Sequence record: MH051917
Source: Enterobacteria phage vB_EcoM_IME341
Reading direction: 5' to 3' (one strand)
DNA length: 64,000 nucleotides
Shown here: piece after piece, positions 9,163 to 18,686 of the stretch
Layout: each line of letters opens with the position of its first letter
Numbering within the stretch: position 1 is the stretch's first letter
Program-made: the position numbers and the translations under genes
Notes under the pieces: generated by a model
Databases searched by the model: none
What the model was told of the DNA's origin: nothing
What the model saw: the letters and a program-made list of their open reading frames with translations, nothing else

Positions 9163-9492
9163 ATGAACAAGCTGAATATTGTTAATGAACTTCGTCGTTG
9201 TGCAGAACCTACTCAAGAAGGTTGGGACATTTGGTACCACGGTGCTTATCTCGGCACTATTGTTAAGATTAAAGCAGGTAAATACTTAATCATCCGTGGT
9301 GGTTCTGAAGCTTCTATGGGAATCCGCAAGAACTTTATGGCAGCAATCAGCACCTTTGTTCCAGCCGCTTATGAAGTCTATAAAGCCGACTATAAAGAAT
9401 ACCAGGAATCACAACCAGTTATTCGTTCGATTGGTGTTAATAAAGCTCAACAGAAAACTTTATGGCAGCGTGTTAAAGGATGGTTCAAATGA
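9163..9492 (+). CDS. hypothetical protein
   Basis: 109-aa ORF with SD gaggaaatt. Confidence 0.45.
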   Translation: MNKLNIVNELRRCAEPTQEGWDIWYHGAYLGTIVKIKAGKYLIIRGGSEASMGIRKNFMAAISTFVPAAYEVYKADYKEYQESQPVIRSIGVNKAQQKTLWQRVKGWFK

Positions 9493-9827
9493 TTCCTATG
9501 GAACTTAACTGGGACGGCGAAGGCCATTCTCTTAAATTGATTGAAGAACAACGTAATGATTGGGATGAACGCGTAGCTCTGGTAAATGGTATTAAGAAAA
9601 TTTATCAACTTAATCTCCAGATTGATAACGTTCATCTTGAATTTGGTATGCAGTTATTGCGATTTCTTGAGATTATTTTTATAGAAAAAGTAAATATAAC
9701 TTCGTATGGCGAAGGCCAAACAGTTTATATTAAATTATCGTCCTATTATAAAGGTGATTTAATTGAAACCACCACTAAAATTCAAGAATTTGCTAAAGAT
9801 AACGGTCATAAGGTGATTTTCAAATGA
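9489..9827 (+). CDS. hypothetical protein
   Basis: ATG 9489 overlapping previous stop (ATGA). Confidence 0.4.
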   Translation: MIPMELNWDGEGHSLKLIEEQRNDWDERVALVNGIKKIYQLNLQIDNVHLEFGMQLLRFLEIIFIEKVNITSYGEGQTVYIKLSSYYKGDLIETTTKIQEFAKDNGHKVIFK

Positions 9828-10312
9828 ATCCATTAAAAGGTAAAGAATTATCCTTTAAAGACCGAATGGCTTTATTAGATAAAGCTCTTTCTCGTGAGAC
9901 GCCCGAAAGTCTAGCGGCTAAATTACAGGCCTATGGCGATTACACTGAATATACGGAAGAGGATGTTTTAGAAGAGGTTCCTGAAATCTGTTGGCAGATT
10001 GCTCATTGGAACAATAATGAAAAATATCAACGTCGAATTGTGTGTGCAGCCAACCGCTTTAAGTTAAAAGATGGTGGGACTCTGGTTATTCCTGGCGCTC
10101 GTCATTATTCTAAAGATATGGCAGAAGTTCTTGACCAGGTAAGTGATAAACTTGTGTCAGACCATGTTTGTGGTGATGACCAAGGATTTATTGACCAATA
10201 TTCAAACTATTGGACTCGCGAAGAAGCAATGATTATTGCGACTTATGCTGGACAAGTTCGTATTGAACGTGGTGGTAGTGAAAAAGAACTTTACTCTGAG
10301 GACCTTTACTAA
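9824..10312 (+). CDS. hypothetical protein
   Basis: 162-aa ORF, SD aaggtga. Confidence 0.45.
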   Translation: MNPLKGKELSFKDRMALLDKALSRETPESLAAKLQAYGDYTEYTEEDVLEEVPEICWQIAHWNNNEKYQRRIVCAANRFKLKDGGTLVIPGARHYSKDMAEVLDQVSDKLVSDHVCGDDQGFIDQYSNYWTREEAMIIATYAGQVRIERGGSEKELYSEDLY

Positions 10313-10593
10313 TGAATCTTAAACAACTCCAGATTGATGCAATCGAAGCCCATATCAACCATATTAAACGTCTGAACGTTATGCTGGAAGACAACTGGGG
10401 AACTTATGTCAACCAACCCGCGTGGGATGCATTGGACCATGAATATATAAAGAATATTAGTTCTAAGACAATCCATGGGAATATGGAAGGGTTGAAGCCA
10501 TTCCTACGTGATATGTATATCGCAACTAATAAAGAAATTATTAGCTCTCTTGAATATCAATTAAGGAAATTACGTGAACAATCTGGTAGCTAA
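10312..10593 (+). CDS. hypothetical protein
   Basis: 93-aa ORF overlapping previous stop. Confidence 0.45.
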   Translation: MNLKQLQIDAIEAHINHIKRLNVMLEDNWGTYVNQPAWDALDHEYIKNISSKTIHGNMEGLKPFLRDMYIATNKEIISSLEYQLRKLREQSGS

Positions 10594-10682
10594 GCACGAT
10601 TTCAATAAGGCGGCTGTCCATAAGGATAAGAAGAAAAACTTTAAAGAATCTAATCGCAAACAGAAACATAAGGGTAAAGGCT

Positions 10683-10964
10683 ATGATTACTAAACTCCAA
10701 ACATGCGAAGCAACTGAACTGGTTATTCTCATTGACGAGCTTTTTAAAATTCATGCTGCTGTTGGTGACGAAATCTATGCAGAAATTCTTTGTGATTTGG
10801 ATAGCTGTTTTGGTTATATCCAACCGGAATATACAATTCGATTCTCTTGTGAACGCCCAGGTTATGCCAAGGTAGTTTTTGGCTCCGGCCTAGATGAAGA
10901 ACAAGTATTAAGAGAAATCCAAGAAGAAATTGATGATTTCGGTTTAGAAGATTATATTGATTGA
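10683..10964 (+). CDS. acidic protein, possibly Arn-like DNA mimic (anti-McrBC)
   Basis: 93 aa with strongly acidic C-terminus; position between motA and asiA where T4 arn lies; no sequence-level confirmation. Confidence 0.3.
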   Translation: MITKLQTCEATELVILIDELFKIHAAVGDEIYAEILCDLDSCFGYIQPEYTIRFSCERPGYAKVVFGSGLDEEQVLREIQEEIDDFGLEDYID

Positions 10965-10974
10965 GGAGCAATCT

Positions 10975-11133
10975 ATGAGTCATAACTTAGAGAATACCGT
11001 AACAGGCATGCGTACGCGTGAGCAGGAGTGCTTTGAGGAATTCCTGGGAGCTGATTTTAAGTTCCAGGAACCAATAGAAGAGATGTATCAGGAATATGTT
11101 AAAAAGAACGAAGGACATGTTTACAATCCCTAA
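10975..11133 (+). CDS. small hypothetical protein (52 aa)
   Basis: ATG 10975 after SD gaggagc; below track cutoff. Confidence 0.25.
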   Translation: MSHNLENTVTGMRTREQECFEEFLGADFKFQEPIEEMYQEYVKKNEGHVYNP

Positions 11134-11147
11134 GGATATGTTAGTAT
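11119..11147 (+). promoter_or_regulatory. T4-type early promoter upstream of asiA
   Basis: GTTTAC 11119-11124, TAGTAT 11142-11147, spacer 17. Confidence 0.55.
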
Positions 11148-11188
11148 AGCCTTATCAGATAATGACGTACTGAATTGAAGAGAATATT

Positions 11189-11464
11189 ATGACTAAAATT
11201 GAAATCGTTTCCGAAATTGCCACTATTGTTTCCATTTTGATTAAAACGGATTGTGAAGACATCATGCAACGTCGTGATGAGTTTATTGCCTTTTTGAATG
11301 AGTTGGGTATTCGTAATGAACATGGAAAGGAACTTAATGGACTATCTTTTAATAAACTCTTTAAGTCTTTAACTGAAGATGAACGTGATACTCTTATCGA
11401 GCAATTTAATGAAGGGTATGAAGATATACACCGTTACCTAATGATGTATACCTCCAATTTTTAA
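11189..11464 (+). CDS. asiA: AsiA anti-sigma70 factor
   Basis: 91 aa; IVSEIATIVSILIK..FIAFLNE..LTEDERDTLIEQFNEGYEDIHRYLMMYT matches recalled T4 AsiA. Confidence 0.85.
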   Translation: MTKIEIVSEIATIVSILIKTDCEDIMQRRDEFIAFLNELGIRNEHGKELNGLSFNKLFKSLTEDERDTLIEQFNEGYEDIHRYLMMYTSNF

Positions 11465-12114
11465 CGAGTTCGACCTAATGTCCTTCCGGCTTGACCGCAC
11501 ATAGACGAAAGTCTAGGAAATCCTAAATCCGGTTTGATATCATACCAGTACAACGATATCGAGCCGGCATAGATGTTATCCAAATTAAAAAACGGGCATG
11601 AAAACATATACGTGAATTGTGTTTTCTTCTTTGTAGGAAGGAATACAGTTTCGGTACTTGATTCAAAATAGTTCCCGTTAACTCCCGCCATATATTCTAC
11701 TGACGTTTTGTCAATTGGAAACCCTCCCGTATTTTTTGCGTCTACCGTTTCCGGTAATTTACCCTCGTAAGCCACCATATCCACAAAATAATTCATGTTG
11801 GTTGGTCTAAAAGAATATATTGCTGTGAAGTCTGCGCCTGAAGAAGAATGCACTATTCGGAGCTGCTCGATAGCCGCAATTTTAAATCTATTGTCCTGGT
11901 CTTGTCTAATCATTTCAGTATAAGAGGCATAAGTTGTCTCTTTGTAAAAGTTTAGAATATACTCGCCTTTATACCAAACCAGTGCCATAAAGAACAATAA
12001 TACCACGACTAGGACCCGGGAAAAAACTACTTTCCCGGAAGAAGTATCTTTAAAAATTCTATCAAGAAGTCCAAAAAGTAGGTCTGATAATGAAAATCCT
12101 ACTTTTGGTTCCAT
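11461..12114 (-). CDS. t: holin T
   Basis: 217 aa; LFGLLDRIFKD..GKV..SRV..VVLLFFMA..W and C-terminal NLDNIYAG..LYWY match recalled T4 holin. Confidence 0.9.
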   Translation of the reverse strand: MEPKVGFSLSDLLFGLLDRIFKDTSSGKVVFSRVLVVVLLFFMALVWYKGEYILNFYKETTYASYTEMIRQDQDNRFKIAAIEQLRIVHSSSGADFTAIYSFRPTNMNYFVDMVAYEGKLPETVDAKNTGGFPIDKTSVEYMAGVNGNYFESSTETVFLPTKKKTQFTYMFSCPFFNLDNIYAGSISLYWYDIKPDLGFPRLSSMCGQAGRTLGRTR

Positions 12115-12132
12115 ACTTTTCTCCTTTAAAGA

Positions 12133-12140
12133 TATTTATA
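12133..12140 (-). promoter_or_regulatory. late promoter TATAAATA upstream of t
   Basis: plus-strand tatttata = TATAAATA on minus strand, about 20 nt upstream of holin ATG. Confidence 0.6.
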
Positions 12141-12151
12141 ATACAGAAGTA

Positions 12152-12940
12152 TTACACACGGCTTCCGTAGATGGTTCCTACGTTCTGCCAAGAAGGAGCA
12201 TTGCCTGTAACGGCTGCACCAGCTGAACCGCCTGCAGAGGTATAAACGTTTTTGCCCCATCCTCGTCCACCGCCAGCACCAACATTACCGCCGTTACCTG
12301 CGCCGTATTGGACCGTGGTACCACCTGAGCCAGCGGCAGTTAGAGATGCGTTTGCACCGGACAATATGGCATCAGACCCTATTTTCCCACCGACGCCGAA
12401 TGGTCTACCACCACCGCCGCCACAGGTACCGTTAGTCGGATAGCTGTTCTGTAACGATACAGCACCGCCACCGCCGCCACCGCCAGCGATAGCACCATTG
12501 TTTCGAATACGCAATTTGGTTCCAGCGGCGTTATGGATTGCTGTACCACCTGCTTGGCCTGCAGAACCATTAGTAGAACCATTACCTCCTCGACCATAAA
12601 CAGTTACGCCACTATTAATGGTAAGTTGAATATACGCATTAGGAAGATTACTAGGAAATTCCAGACACGGGTTTCCGCGGCTATTTGATACTATGTTGCC
12701 GGTAATTGTGATAACGACAGGCGCACTGCCTTGGGCTCTCATCCAATTAATTAGCGTATTTCTGTCATAAGAGTTATTAGCCCCTATAGATAAGTAAATT
12801 TCTTTTGATTGGTTAGCCATCGAACCCATCCAACCCGGAACAGCTACACGAACATCTCGCATTGCTGCATCCATCCAACGTTGACCTGTTTCGTCAACTG
12901 CAGATTGTCCGACCCAACCAGGTAATCCTACGATTGCCAT
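12152..12940 (-). CDS. 38: gp38 tail-fibre adhesin (T2-type, glycine-rich motifs)
   Basis: 262 aa; N-terminus MAIVGLPGWVG; multiple poly-Gly runs (GGGGGGG, GGGGG) alternating with variable segments. Confidence 0.8.
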   Translation of the reverse strand: MAIVGLPGWVGQSAVDETGQRWMDAAMRDVRVAVPGWMGSMANQSKEIYLSIGANNSYDRNTLINWMRAQGSAPVVITITGNIVSNSRGNPCLEFPSNLPNAYIQLTINSGVTVYGRGGNGSTNGSAGQAGGTAIHNAAGTKLRIRNNGAIAGGGGGGGAVSLQNSYPTNGTCGGGGGRPFGVGGKIGSDAILSGANASLTAAGSGGTTVQYGAGNGGNVGAGGGRGWGKNVYTSAGGSAGAAVTGNAPSWQNVGTIYGSRV

Positions 12941-12952
12941 AATAAATCCTTA

Positions 12953-12966
12953 GGGCCCGAAGGCCC
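12953..12966 (-). other. UUCG hairpin between gp37 stop and gp38 SD
   Basis: minus-strand gggcc-ttcg-ggccc followed by taaggatttattATG of gp38. Confidence 0.5.
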
Positions 12967-12971
12967 TTTTC

Positions 12972-15900
12972 TTAATTTAATTTAGCTTCAAGTTCTCTAA
13001 CTTTAGCCGACAGGGTTTTAACCGCTTCAATTAACAGAGCAACTTGTGCCTGAGTCGAAACTGTTAGAACCGTATTTTCCTGTGAATCTAAAGACTCATG
13101 CACCGCTTCAGGTAATACTTCTTTAAGATTCTGAGCAATAACACCTGCTTCAGTTTGAACCGCTTCACCACCGATATATTCAGCTTTATCATAGATTAAA
13201 CCATCGAGTTGTTCAACCTTTTCAAGAGCATTTTCAATAGGCTTGAAGTTAGATTTTAAACGAATATCAGAACGAATATAAACGTTAGGAGCATTTATAT
13301 TTTTATATGAATACAAATCACCGTTTTGGAAACGGAAAGTCTGTACGCCATTCGCATATATGTCTAATAATCCATCGCCATTTTGCTTAATACCGGTATC
13401 ACTATCGCCAAATGTTATACTACTTCCACCGAGTGAGTTAGTTGTATTAACACCAAAGGCACTTGTTTGTGGCATCTGTACTTTACCAGGGCAATCTAAA
13501 AGACCGTCCATTGTAAAGCGCCATCTTGCTTGTTGGCCGGTAGCGTTGTCGCCACGTATACGAATAATGCCATCGCGCCAACCAGCTGTGGTACCAGTGC
13601 CGACCCATCCAAATTCAAAGGTTTGACGATAACCCGCTGAACCATAGTTACTCCACGCACCGACAATAGGATAATAACTACCCGAATTGGATAAATCACC
13701 ATGGTCTGCCATAAAGGTGATTTTAGATTTCGTGGAATCTGAGTTATCAGCCCAACCGCCCGGCGCGCGTGCAGATGAAACCACTCGCGAAGTAATATTG
13801 CCAAGGTTAGTATTACCACCGGTAACGTTTAATCCGCCACCAGTAATATTTAACCCGTGGTTCATGCCAACACGGCCATCGGCCATGTTGATAGAGAAAG
13901 GTCTTAAGCCATTCCACAGCCCGTCAGTTGCATTTGGGTTTTCTGCCGTGTTTTTATCTGTAACTAAAATATAAAAACTTCCACCGTCGTTTCTAATCAA
14001 AGCAGCATTAGAACCTATATCATTACCACTGGATTTGATACGCATACCTTTTTGATTATTGGTAACGTATTCACCACGTGTAACAATATCCGATTCGCCA
14101 GCAGCAAACATTCCGTCAATGTTGTTCAGCATTCTTACAGATTTACCTACAACATGACCTTCAGGTAATGTTTCTACCAAAGGCTGGACATCGCTATTAA
14201 TACCCACTACGGTTACTTTACTATTGCTACTGCATGCATATTCTACTACCAAAGAATTAGAATACCCACCTAAGTAAACGTAAATATCATAGATATCATC
14301 GCTTGTGTTAACCGAAGCAATCTGGGAAATAGCTTCAGAAGTTCTATTCCACAACGTAGCATTAAGGCCTTTAGGATTATTATTGCCGGTTCTAAGGACT
14401 ATTTCGGCTATTGAAGCCTGACCATAACTTTTAAAATTAAATCCAGACCCACCTGATATTTTAAAGGATGCTGTACCCGCACCTTGTGGAATTTCTACAG
14501 TAGCAAATTTATACCAACCTGTAGCAGCGCCGCCTTGCCAACCGCCTGTGTTAACTTTACGGTCTAACGTTGTGTTCAGGTTTTTAAAGTTTTCTAATGC
14601 AGTGCTGCCTGTAATATTACCGTCAGGACCAATACGAACATCGGAACCAATTTTAAGTGCCTTGGTTATATCAACAGTATCAGAGTTTAATGCAATACCA
14701 TGGGAGTATGTATAGTTATGTAAACGAACAACGTTACCACCATCGCCAATACCTAAATACCATTTTGTAACATCGGCTTTACGTCCTTGGATAAAGTTAG
14801 ATGCCGCCTGGGATGAAGCATTTACCACAATGGCGTCGGAATCCATATTAACACGCAGTCTACAGTCGGTCTGAACAAATTTACTTACGTTGTCTACTGT
14901 AAAAAGTGGACCACCTGTAGAAGTTTTATTACCCATTATAACCGTGCCATTAGCCAAATTAATGGAAAGCGGGCGAAGGTCGCTTATTCCACCGTTTTCA
15001 CCAGCGTTCTGGAGAGTAGGAATAAGATGGAATGAAGCAGAAGAACCTGTTTCTGAACGACGGAAAATCATACCGTATTCGGCATTCCAAATTCTTAATG
15101 CGTCAGCGGTACCGCCCATTTTAACTTGCCCGTTAATTGAAGCACCACCTTGGACAAACAGGCCATTAGTCATGGTAACATTGCCACCAAAAGAACCTGT
15201 ACCAGAGGCACTTATATTACCAAGGCCTATGATATGGCCTGTTTCAACAGTTCCGTTAAACTTAAAATTAACAGGTCCCACACCACCAGCAACAGCTGGA
15301 TTGGTTCGTTGGGCATAAAAATAATAACCTTGTGAATCTGAAACTTCCCAAACAGTTTCTCTATTACCTTTTTCAGCATTAAATGAGTTACCCCATGCTT
15401 TAAGTATAACAGTGTTTTTGTTCTGACCTGCGCGAGTACCTGAATCCCAATTAAGGGTTTTTGTCCCGTCAACGGCTGTAGGAGCAGTGAAAGCTAAGGC
15501 TGAAGTGTTATTATTAGAATTAAGAACAAGGCCATTATTAATTTGCAGACGTTGGGTCGAGGAAACTGTGCCATCGGCTCTAAGATTCAGTTCATTAACC
15601 CCGGTTTTAATATTCAAAATACCTGGTTCAATAATCATGCCTTCTGCCATAGAAATGGCTACACGACCTGTACCACGGAAATAATGATAAAGTTTACCAT
15701 TAGAATTATAACCTAAATGGGTTTGACCATCCCCAGAGTTATTACCGTCTATTTCGGTTCTAATAGAAACCATAGAAGAGTTCTGGCCAGGCAGAAGCCA
15801 AGTAAGACCTTGGTCATTACTACGGCCAAATATGGTTTTACTAGTCCCACGGAAGCCGTCGGAAGTAACAGAAGCGACAGAATAACCTCCACCTACTAAA

Positions 15901-16841
15901 TCAAAATTACCTTGTTTAATATATTTCAGACCAGTTACAGTGTCACCTAGAACAAGATACTTATCGCCCATTACACCGACGTTACCATAATCACTAGACG
16001 GGAAATCTGTAGTGAATGTACCTAATGCAAGGCTATTACGGCCTGCCATTCGTCCGTCATTACGAATGCCATATTGTTTAGATGACGGAGTATTACCTGT
16101 CCACCAAGACAGTTCATCAGCTTGACCTAATTGGGCGGTGCAAAGCTCGTGCCACATTGTGCCGCCGGATTTAGCACGAACTTTACGAAGATAGTTTACA
16201 CCATTCGTTTCACCGGTGCCTGGATAAACATACTGAACTAATGATTGTGAATCGTATTGTCCAAAGGCTTTAGAATCATGATTAATTAAATTAACACTAA
16301 TAGTTGGTGTACTAATAGAAGTTAAAGCAGTTAATTTGCGTGCCTGGAAGATGCCGCCATCTGTAGAAATAAAATGAAACTCTGAGTTCTGTGCGCCGGC
16401 AGCAGTACCTTGACGAACTCGCATTGTTGCTACGCCTTCATTTTCAGATTGGGGCTTAGCATATAATACAGCGCGTTCAGAACCGTTGGTATTTTCAAAC
16501 CACAAATGAGCATTAGAAGTATCATTAGATGCTCTAGCATAAAATGAACCATTACGAGCTCGGAAAACTGGGGCAGTAATACTACCTTCAGTTCTCATAC
16601 CCGCGGTACTAGTTTGAACAAGTTCGCCATCTAAAGTCAAACGGCCGTTAATAGTTACATCACCATCAACCTGACCGCCCTTTGCAAAACCTAAATCAAT
16701 AATCTGTCCCTGGTCTGACTTAGTAAAAATAGTGCGGTCACGCAAGTTAATAGCCAGTTCACCTTCATCTAACTGGGCTGCAGTAGGCTTGGCTCCTGCT
16801 ATTTTACTTCTTTTAAATTGTATCGATTTTAAAGTAGCCAT
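12972..16841 (-). CDS. 37: gp37 distal long tail fibre subunit with C-terminal intramolecular chaperone domain
   Basis: 1289 aa; N-terminus MATLKSIQFKRSKIAG matches T4 gp37; C-terminal ~100 aa carry SDIRLK motif and coiled coil; position between 36 and 38. Confidence 0.8.
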   Translation of the reverse strand: MATLKSIQFKRSKIAGAKPTAAQLDEGELAINLRDRTIFTKSDQGQIIDLGFAKGGQVDGDVTINGRLTLDGELVQTSTAGMRTEGSITAPVFRARNGSFYARASNDTSNAHLWFENTNGSERAVLYAKPQSENEGVATMRVRQGTAAGAQNSEFHFISTDGGIFQARKLTALTSISTPTISVNLINHDSKAFGQYDSQSLVQYVYPGTGETNGVNYLRKVRAKSGGTMWHELCTAQLGQADELSWWTGNTPSSKQYGIRNDGRMAGRNSLALGTFTTDFPSSDYGNVGVMGDKYLVLGDTVTGLKYIKQGNFDLVGGGYSVASVTSDGFRGTSKTIFGRSNDQGLTWLLPGQNSSMVSIRTEIDGNNSGDGQTHLGYNSNGKLYHYFRGTGRVAISMAEGMIIEPGILNIKTGVNELNLRADGTVSSTQRLQINNGLVLNSNNNTSALAFTAPTAVDGTKTLNWDSGTRAGQNKNTVILKAWGNSFNAEKGNRETVWEVSDSQGYYFYAQRTNPAVAGGVGPVNFKFNGTVETGHIIGLGNISASGTGSFGGNVTMTNGLFVQGGASINGQVKMGGTADALRIWNAEYGMIFRRSETGSSASFHLIPTLQNAGENGGISDLRPLSINLANGTVIMGNKTSTGGPLFTVDNVSKFVQTDCRLRVNMDSDAIVVNASSQAASNFIQGRKADVTKWYLGIGDGGNVVRLHNYTYSHGIALNSDTVDITKALKIGSDVRIGPDGNITGSTALENFKNLNTTLDRKVNTGGWQGGAATGWYKFATVEIPQGAGTASFKISGGSGFNFKSYGQASIAEIVLRTGNNNPKGLNATLWNRTSEAISQIASVNTSDDIYDIYVYLGGYSNSLVVEYACSSNSKVTVVGINSDVQPLVETLPEGHVVGKSVRMLNNIDGMFAAGESDIVTRGEYVTNNQKGMRIKSSGNDIGSNAALIRNDGGSFYILVTDKNTAENPNATDGLWNGLRPFSINMADGRVGMNHGLNITGGGLNVTGGNTNLGNITSRVVSSARAPGGWADNSDSTKSKITFMADHGDLSNSGSYYPIVGAWSNYGSAGYRQTFEFGWVGTGTTAGWRDGIIRIRGDNATGQQARWRFTMDGLLDCPGKVQMPQTSAFGVNTTNSLGGSSITFGDSDTGIKQNGDGLLDIYANGVQTFRFQNGDLYSYKNINAPNVYIRSDIRLKSNFKPIENALEKVEQLDGLIYDKAEYIGGEAVQTEAGVIAQNLKEVLPEAVHESLDSQENTVLTVSTQAQVALLIEAVKTLSAKVRELEAKLN

Positions 16842-16849
16842 AATGCCTC

Positions 16850-17497
16850 TTAATAATATCCAAAATCTTCAGATGTACCTCTAAGAACAACCTGGTCAAT
16901 ACGAGGAACGTGTTCGTTCAATGTTCCTGGGTTCCTAGATATGAAATTCGGGGCTGAAAGAACACCAGCCATAGATTGTATGTTACTATTATTTATTTGG
17001 ACCTGTTTTGCGTTATCTACATCACTTAATCCAACTTGGGCTTTTGTCGGAGTATTCCCTGGAGAAAACACTCTTCCGGATTCGTCTTTAATTTGACGAC
17101 CTAGGATATCACCCATTACAGTAAGACGGTTAGCTCCTACTGTAGTGGTAGGGTCAAAGATTATAAACGGGGTTCCTGTTTCAGTTTCAAGGCCAAAAGA
17201 CCCTTTAATCTTAAATGAAGCGGTAAAAGGTTGTCCACCTTCTCTGGAGCCCAATTTAATAGCATACCCAGCAGAATCATTAAAAGTTATACCTTTTTCA
17301 AAATTAACAATACCTTTATATGTGCCTCCAGCGGCTTTAGAAACAAAGTCGTTATCTGCGGCTTGAGGCTTATTAAATTCAGTATAGATTTTGTAGGTCT
17401 TATATAAAATATCATTTGATACCGGCGTCAGCGGAAAATTGCCTTGGTGCCATATAACGGAACCTCCAGCGGTTGAGCCTAATTTTAAATCAGCCAT
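16850..17497 (-). CDS. 36: gp36 tail fibre hinge connector
   Basis: 215 aa between 35 and 37 (T4 gp36 about 221 aa); synteny. Confidence 0.7.
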   Translation of the reverse strand: MADLKLGSTAGGSVIWHQGNFPLTPVSNDILYKTYKIYTEFNKPQAADNDFVSKAAGGTYKGIVNFEKGITFNDSAGYAIKLGSREGGQPFTASFKIKGSFGLETETGTPFIIFDPTTTVGANRLTVMGDILGRQIKDESGRVFSPGNTPTKAQVGLSDVDNAKQVQINNSNIQSMAGVLSAPNFISRNPGTLNEHVPRIDQVVLRGTSEDFGYY

Positions 17498-17522
17498 AGT
17501 TATTCCTCTTTATTAGATAGTG

Positions 17523-17530
17523 TATTTATA
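17523..17530 (-). promoter_or_regulatory. late promoter TATAAATA upstream of gene 36
   Basis: plus tatttata at 17523-17530. Confidence 0.55.
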
Positions 17531-17553
17531 GCAAAAAGGGACCATAAGGTCCC
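17531..17553 (-). terminator. rho-independent terminator after gene 35
   Basis: minus-strand gggacc-ttat-ggtccc hairpin followed by T5, directly after gp35 stop. Confidence 0.6.
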
Positions 17554-18678
17554 TTAATATTTTTCTTTAAATTCTTGAACAAATACTTTACCTGCATTAC
17601 CAGATGATTTGTCATTCAATTGTGCAATAACATTACCCATTGAACGGGTTTCAGTACCATAGCTCATACGAATACCATTAACACCAATTTCAGCGGATTT
17701 AGGAGTATCTTCAGGTCTAGCTATTTCACCAAACATAACATTCCTAACACCTCCTACTCCGCCTGAGACAGTTTTTCTACAATATAATGTAAAACCAATA
17801 GCATTCGGCGGAACTTCTATTACGCGCTCAAAAGACATCCATGCACCTGCCGGTGGAGAGCCCGCTCCTACAGGAATATTGATATCAGTGGACTGAATCA
17901 TTTCCTGGCCATTAAAAAATCGTATGGACATCTGGGTCGTTCCTAAATCTTTTAAAGCCTGGTCGTAGGTCATTTGAAATTTGAGATAAAAGAAATCTCC
18001 AGGAACCATATTATAACCGGCACAAGGAGTTATAGTGGATTCGGTAGGAAACCTTTTAATTTCTTGAGTAGCTCCACTATAGTAAGTGTTTTCATCTTCA
18101 ATGACTCTAACAGGGAACCCAGTTCCTCCTACATCATTAAAGTTGTCATAAACGACTTCTAATGGGGTGGAAACGTCTTCTACCAAAACGCCGTCGTTAT
18201 AAAGCACGTGTTCCATTACTATAGCATTCCTTCCTGAAACATAAAAAGCTGAATAAGAAGTATCCACTTTATCAATGAGCCACTTATCCGGGAACGCTGT
18301 AGAACCAGAAGCTCTAAACCAATCAATTAATACCTGTGAGGCGTTTAATTTGCCGGAAGAAATAAAGCAAACAATTCTCCCGGCAGGTATAGAAGAAATA
18401 TAAGTTATAAACGCTTGGGAAATAACATCATGGTCTTTGGTAAAGGCATATGATTTTGAAGACACTATTGTGTTATTGGTCGGGTCTATTTCAACCAAAT
18501 TTAGACCAGATTGGAAATTCTGAGGACCGAAGTCCTCATCTTGAAATTTGATATAAGCCTTTTTAGTGGACTTAGTACAGCTCCCTGCTATACTAAGTTT
18601 ATAACTAACGGCATTATTTTCAGATAGTACAGGAATTTGAACGTAATCTTGTCCAAATTCGGCCATAAATCTTTCCAT
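17554..18678 (-). CDS. 35: gp35 tail fibre hinge protein
   Basis: 374 aa between 34 and 36 (T4 gp35 about 372 aa); synteny. Confidence 0.7.
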   Translation of the reverse strand: MERFMAEFGQDYVQIPVLSENNAVSYKLSIAGSCTKSTKKAYIKFQDEDFGPQNFQSGLNLVEIDPTNNTIVSSKSYAFTKDHDVISQAFITYISSIPAGRIVCFISSGKLNASQVLIDWFRASGSTAFPDKWLIDKVDTSYSAFYVSGRNAIVMEHVLYNDGVLVEDVSTPLEVVYDNFNDVGGTGFPVRVIEDENTYYSGATQEIKRFPTESTITPCAGYNMVPGDFFYLKFQMTYDQALKDLGTTQMSIRFFNGQEMIQSTDINIPVGAGSPPAGAWMSFERVIEVPPNAIGFTLYCRKTVSGGVGGVRNVMFGEIARPEDTPKSAEIGVNGIRMSYGTETRSMGNVIAQLNDKSSGNAGKVFVQEFKEKY

Positions 18679-18686
18679 ATTACCTC

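Noticed and set aside
10594-10682. 89-nt gap without an ORF between 10312-10593 and 10683-10964 as a possible frameshift or bypass site
   Set aside because: The flanking ORFs are in different frames with their own stop and SD/ATG, and there are no take-off/landing codon matches or nascent-peptide signals; most likely an ordinary 5' UTR.
12252-12443. Proline-rich 63-aa ORF on the plus strand
   Set aside because: It is antisense to the glycine-run region of gp38 (GGN codons read as CCN/Pro on the other strand), so it is a compositional artefact.
13360-15899. Several 60-140 aa ORFs on the plus strand inside gp37
   Set aside because: All are antisense to a long, well-supported tail fibre gene and have no SD or promoter; the same holds for the antisense ORFs inside rIIA, rIIB, gp52, gp34, nrdA, ligase, alt and uvsW.
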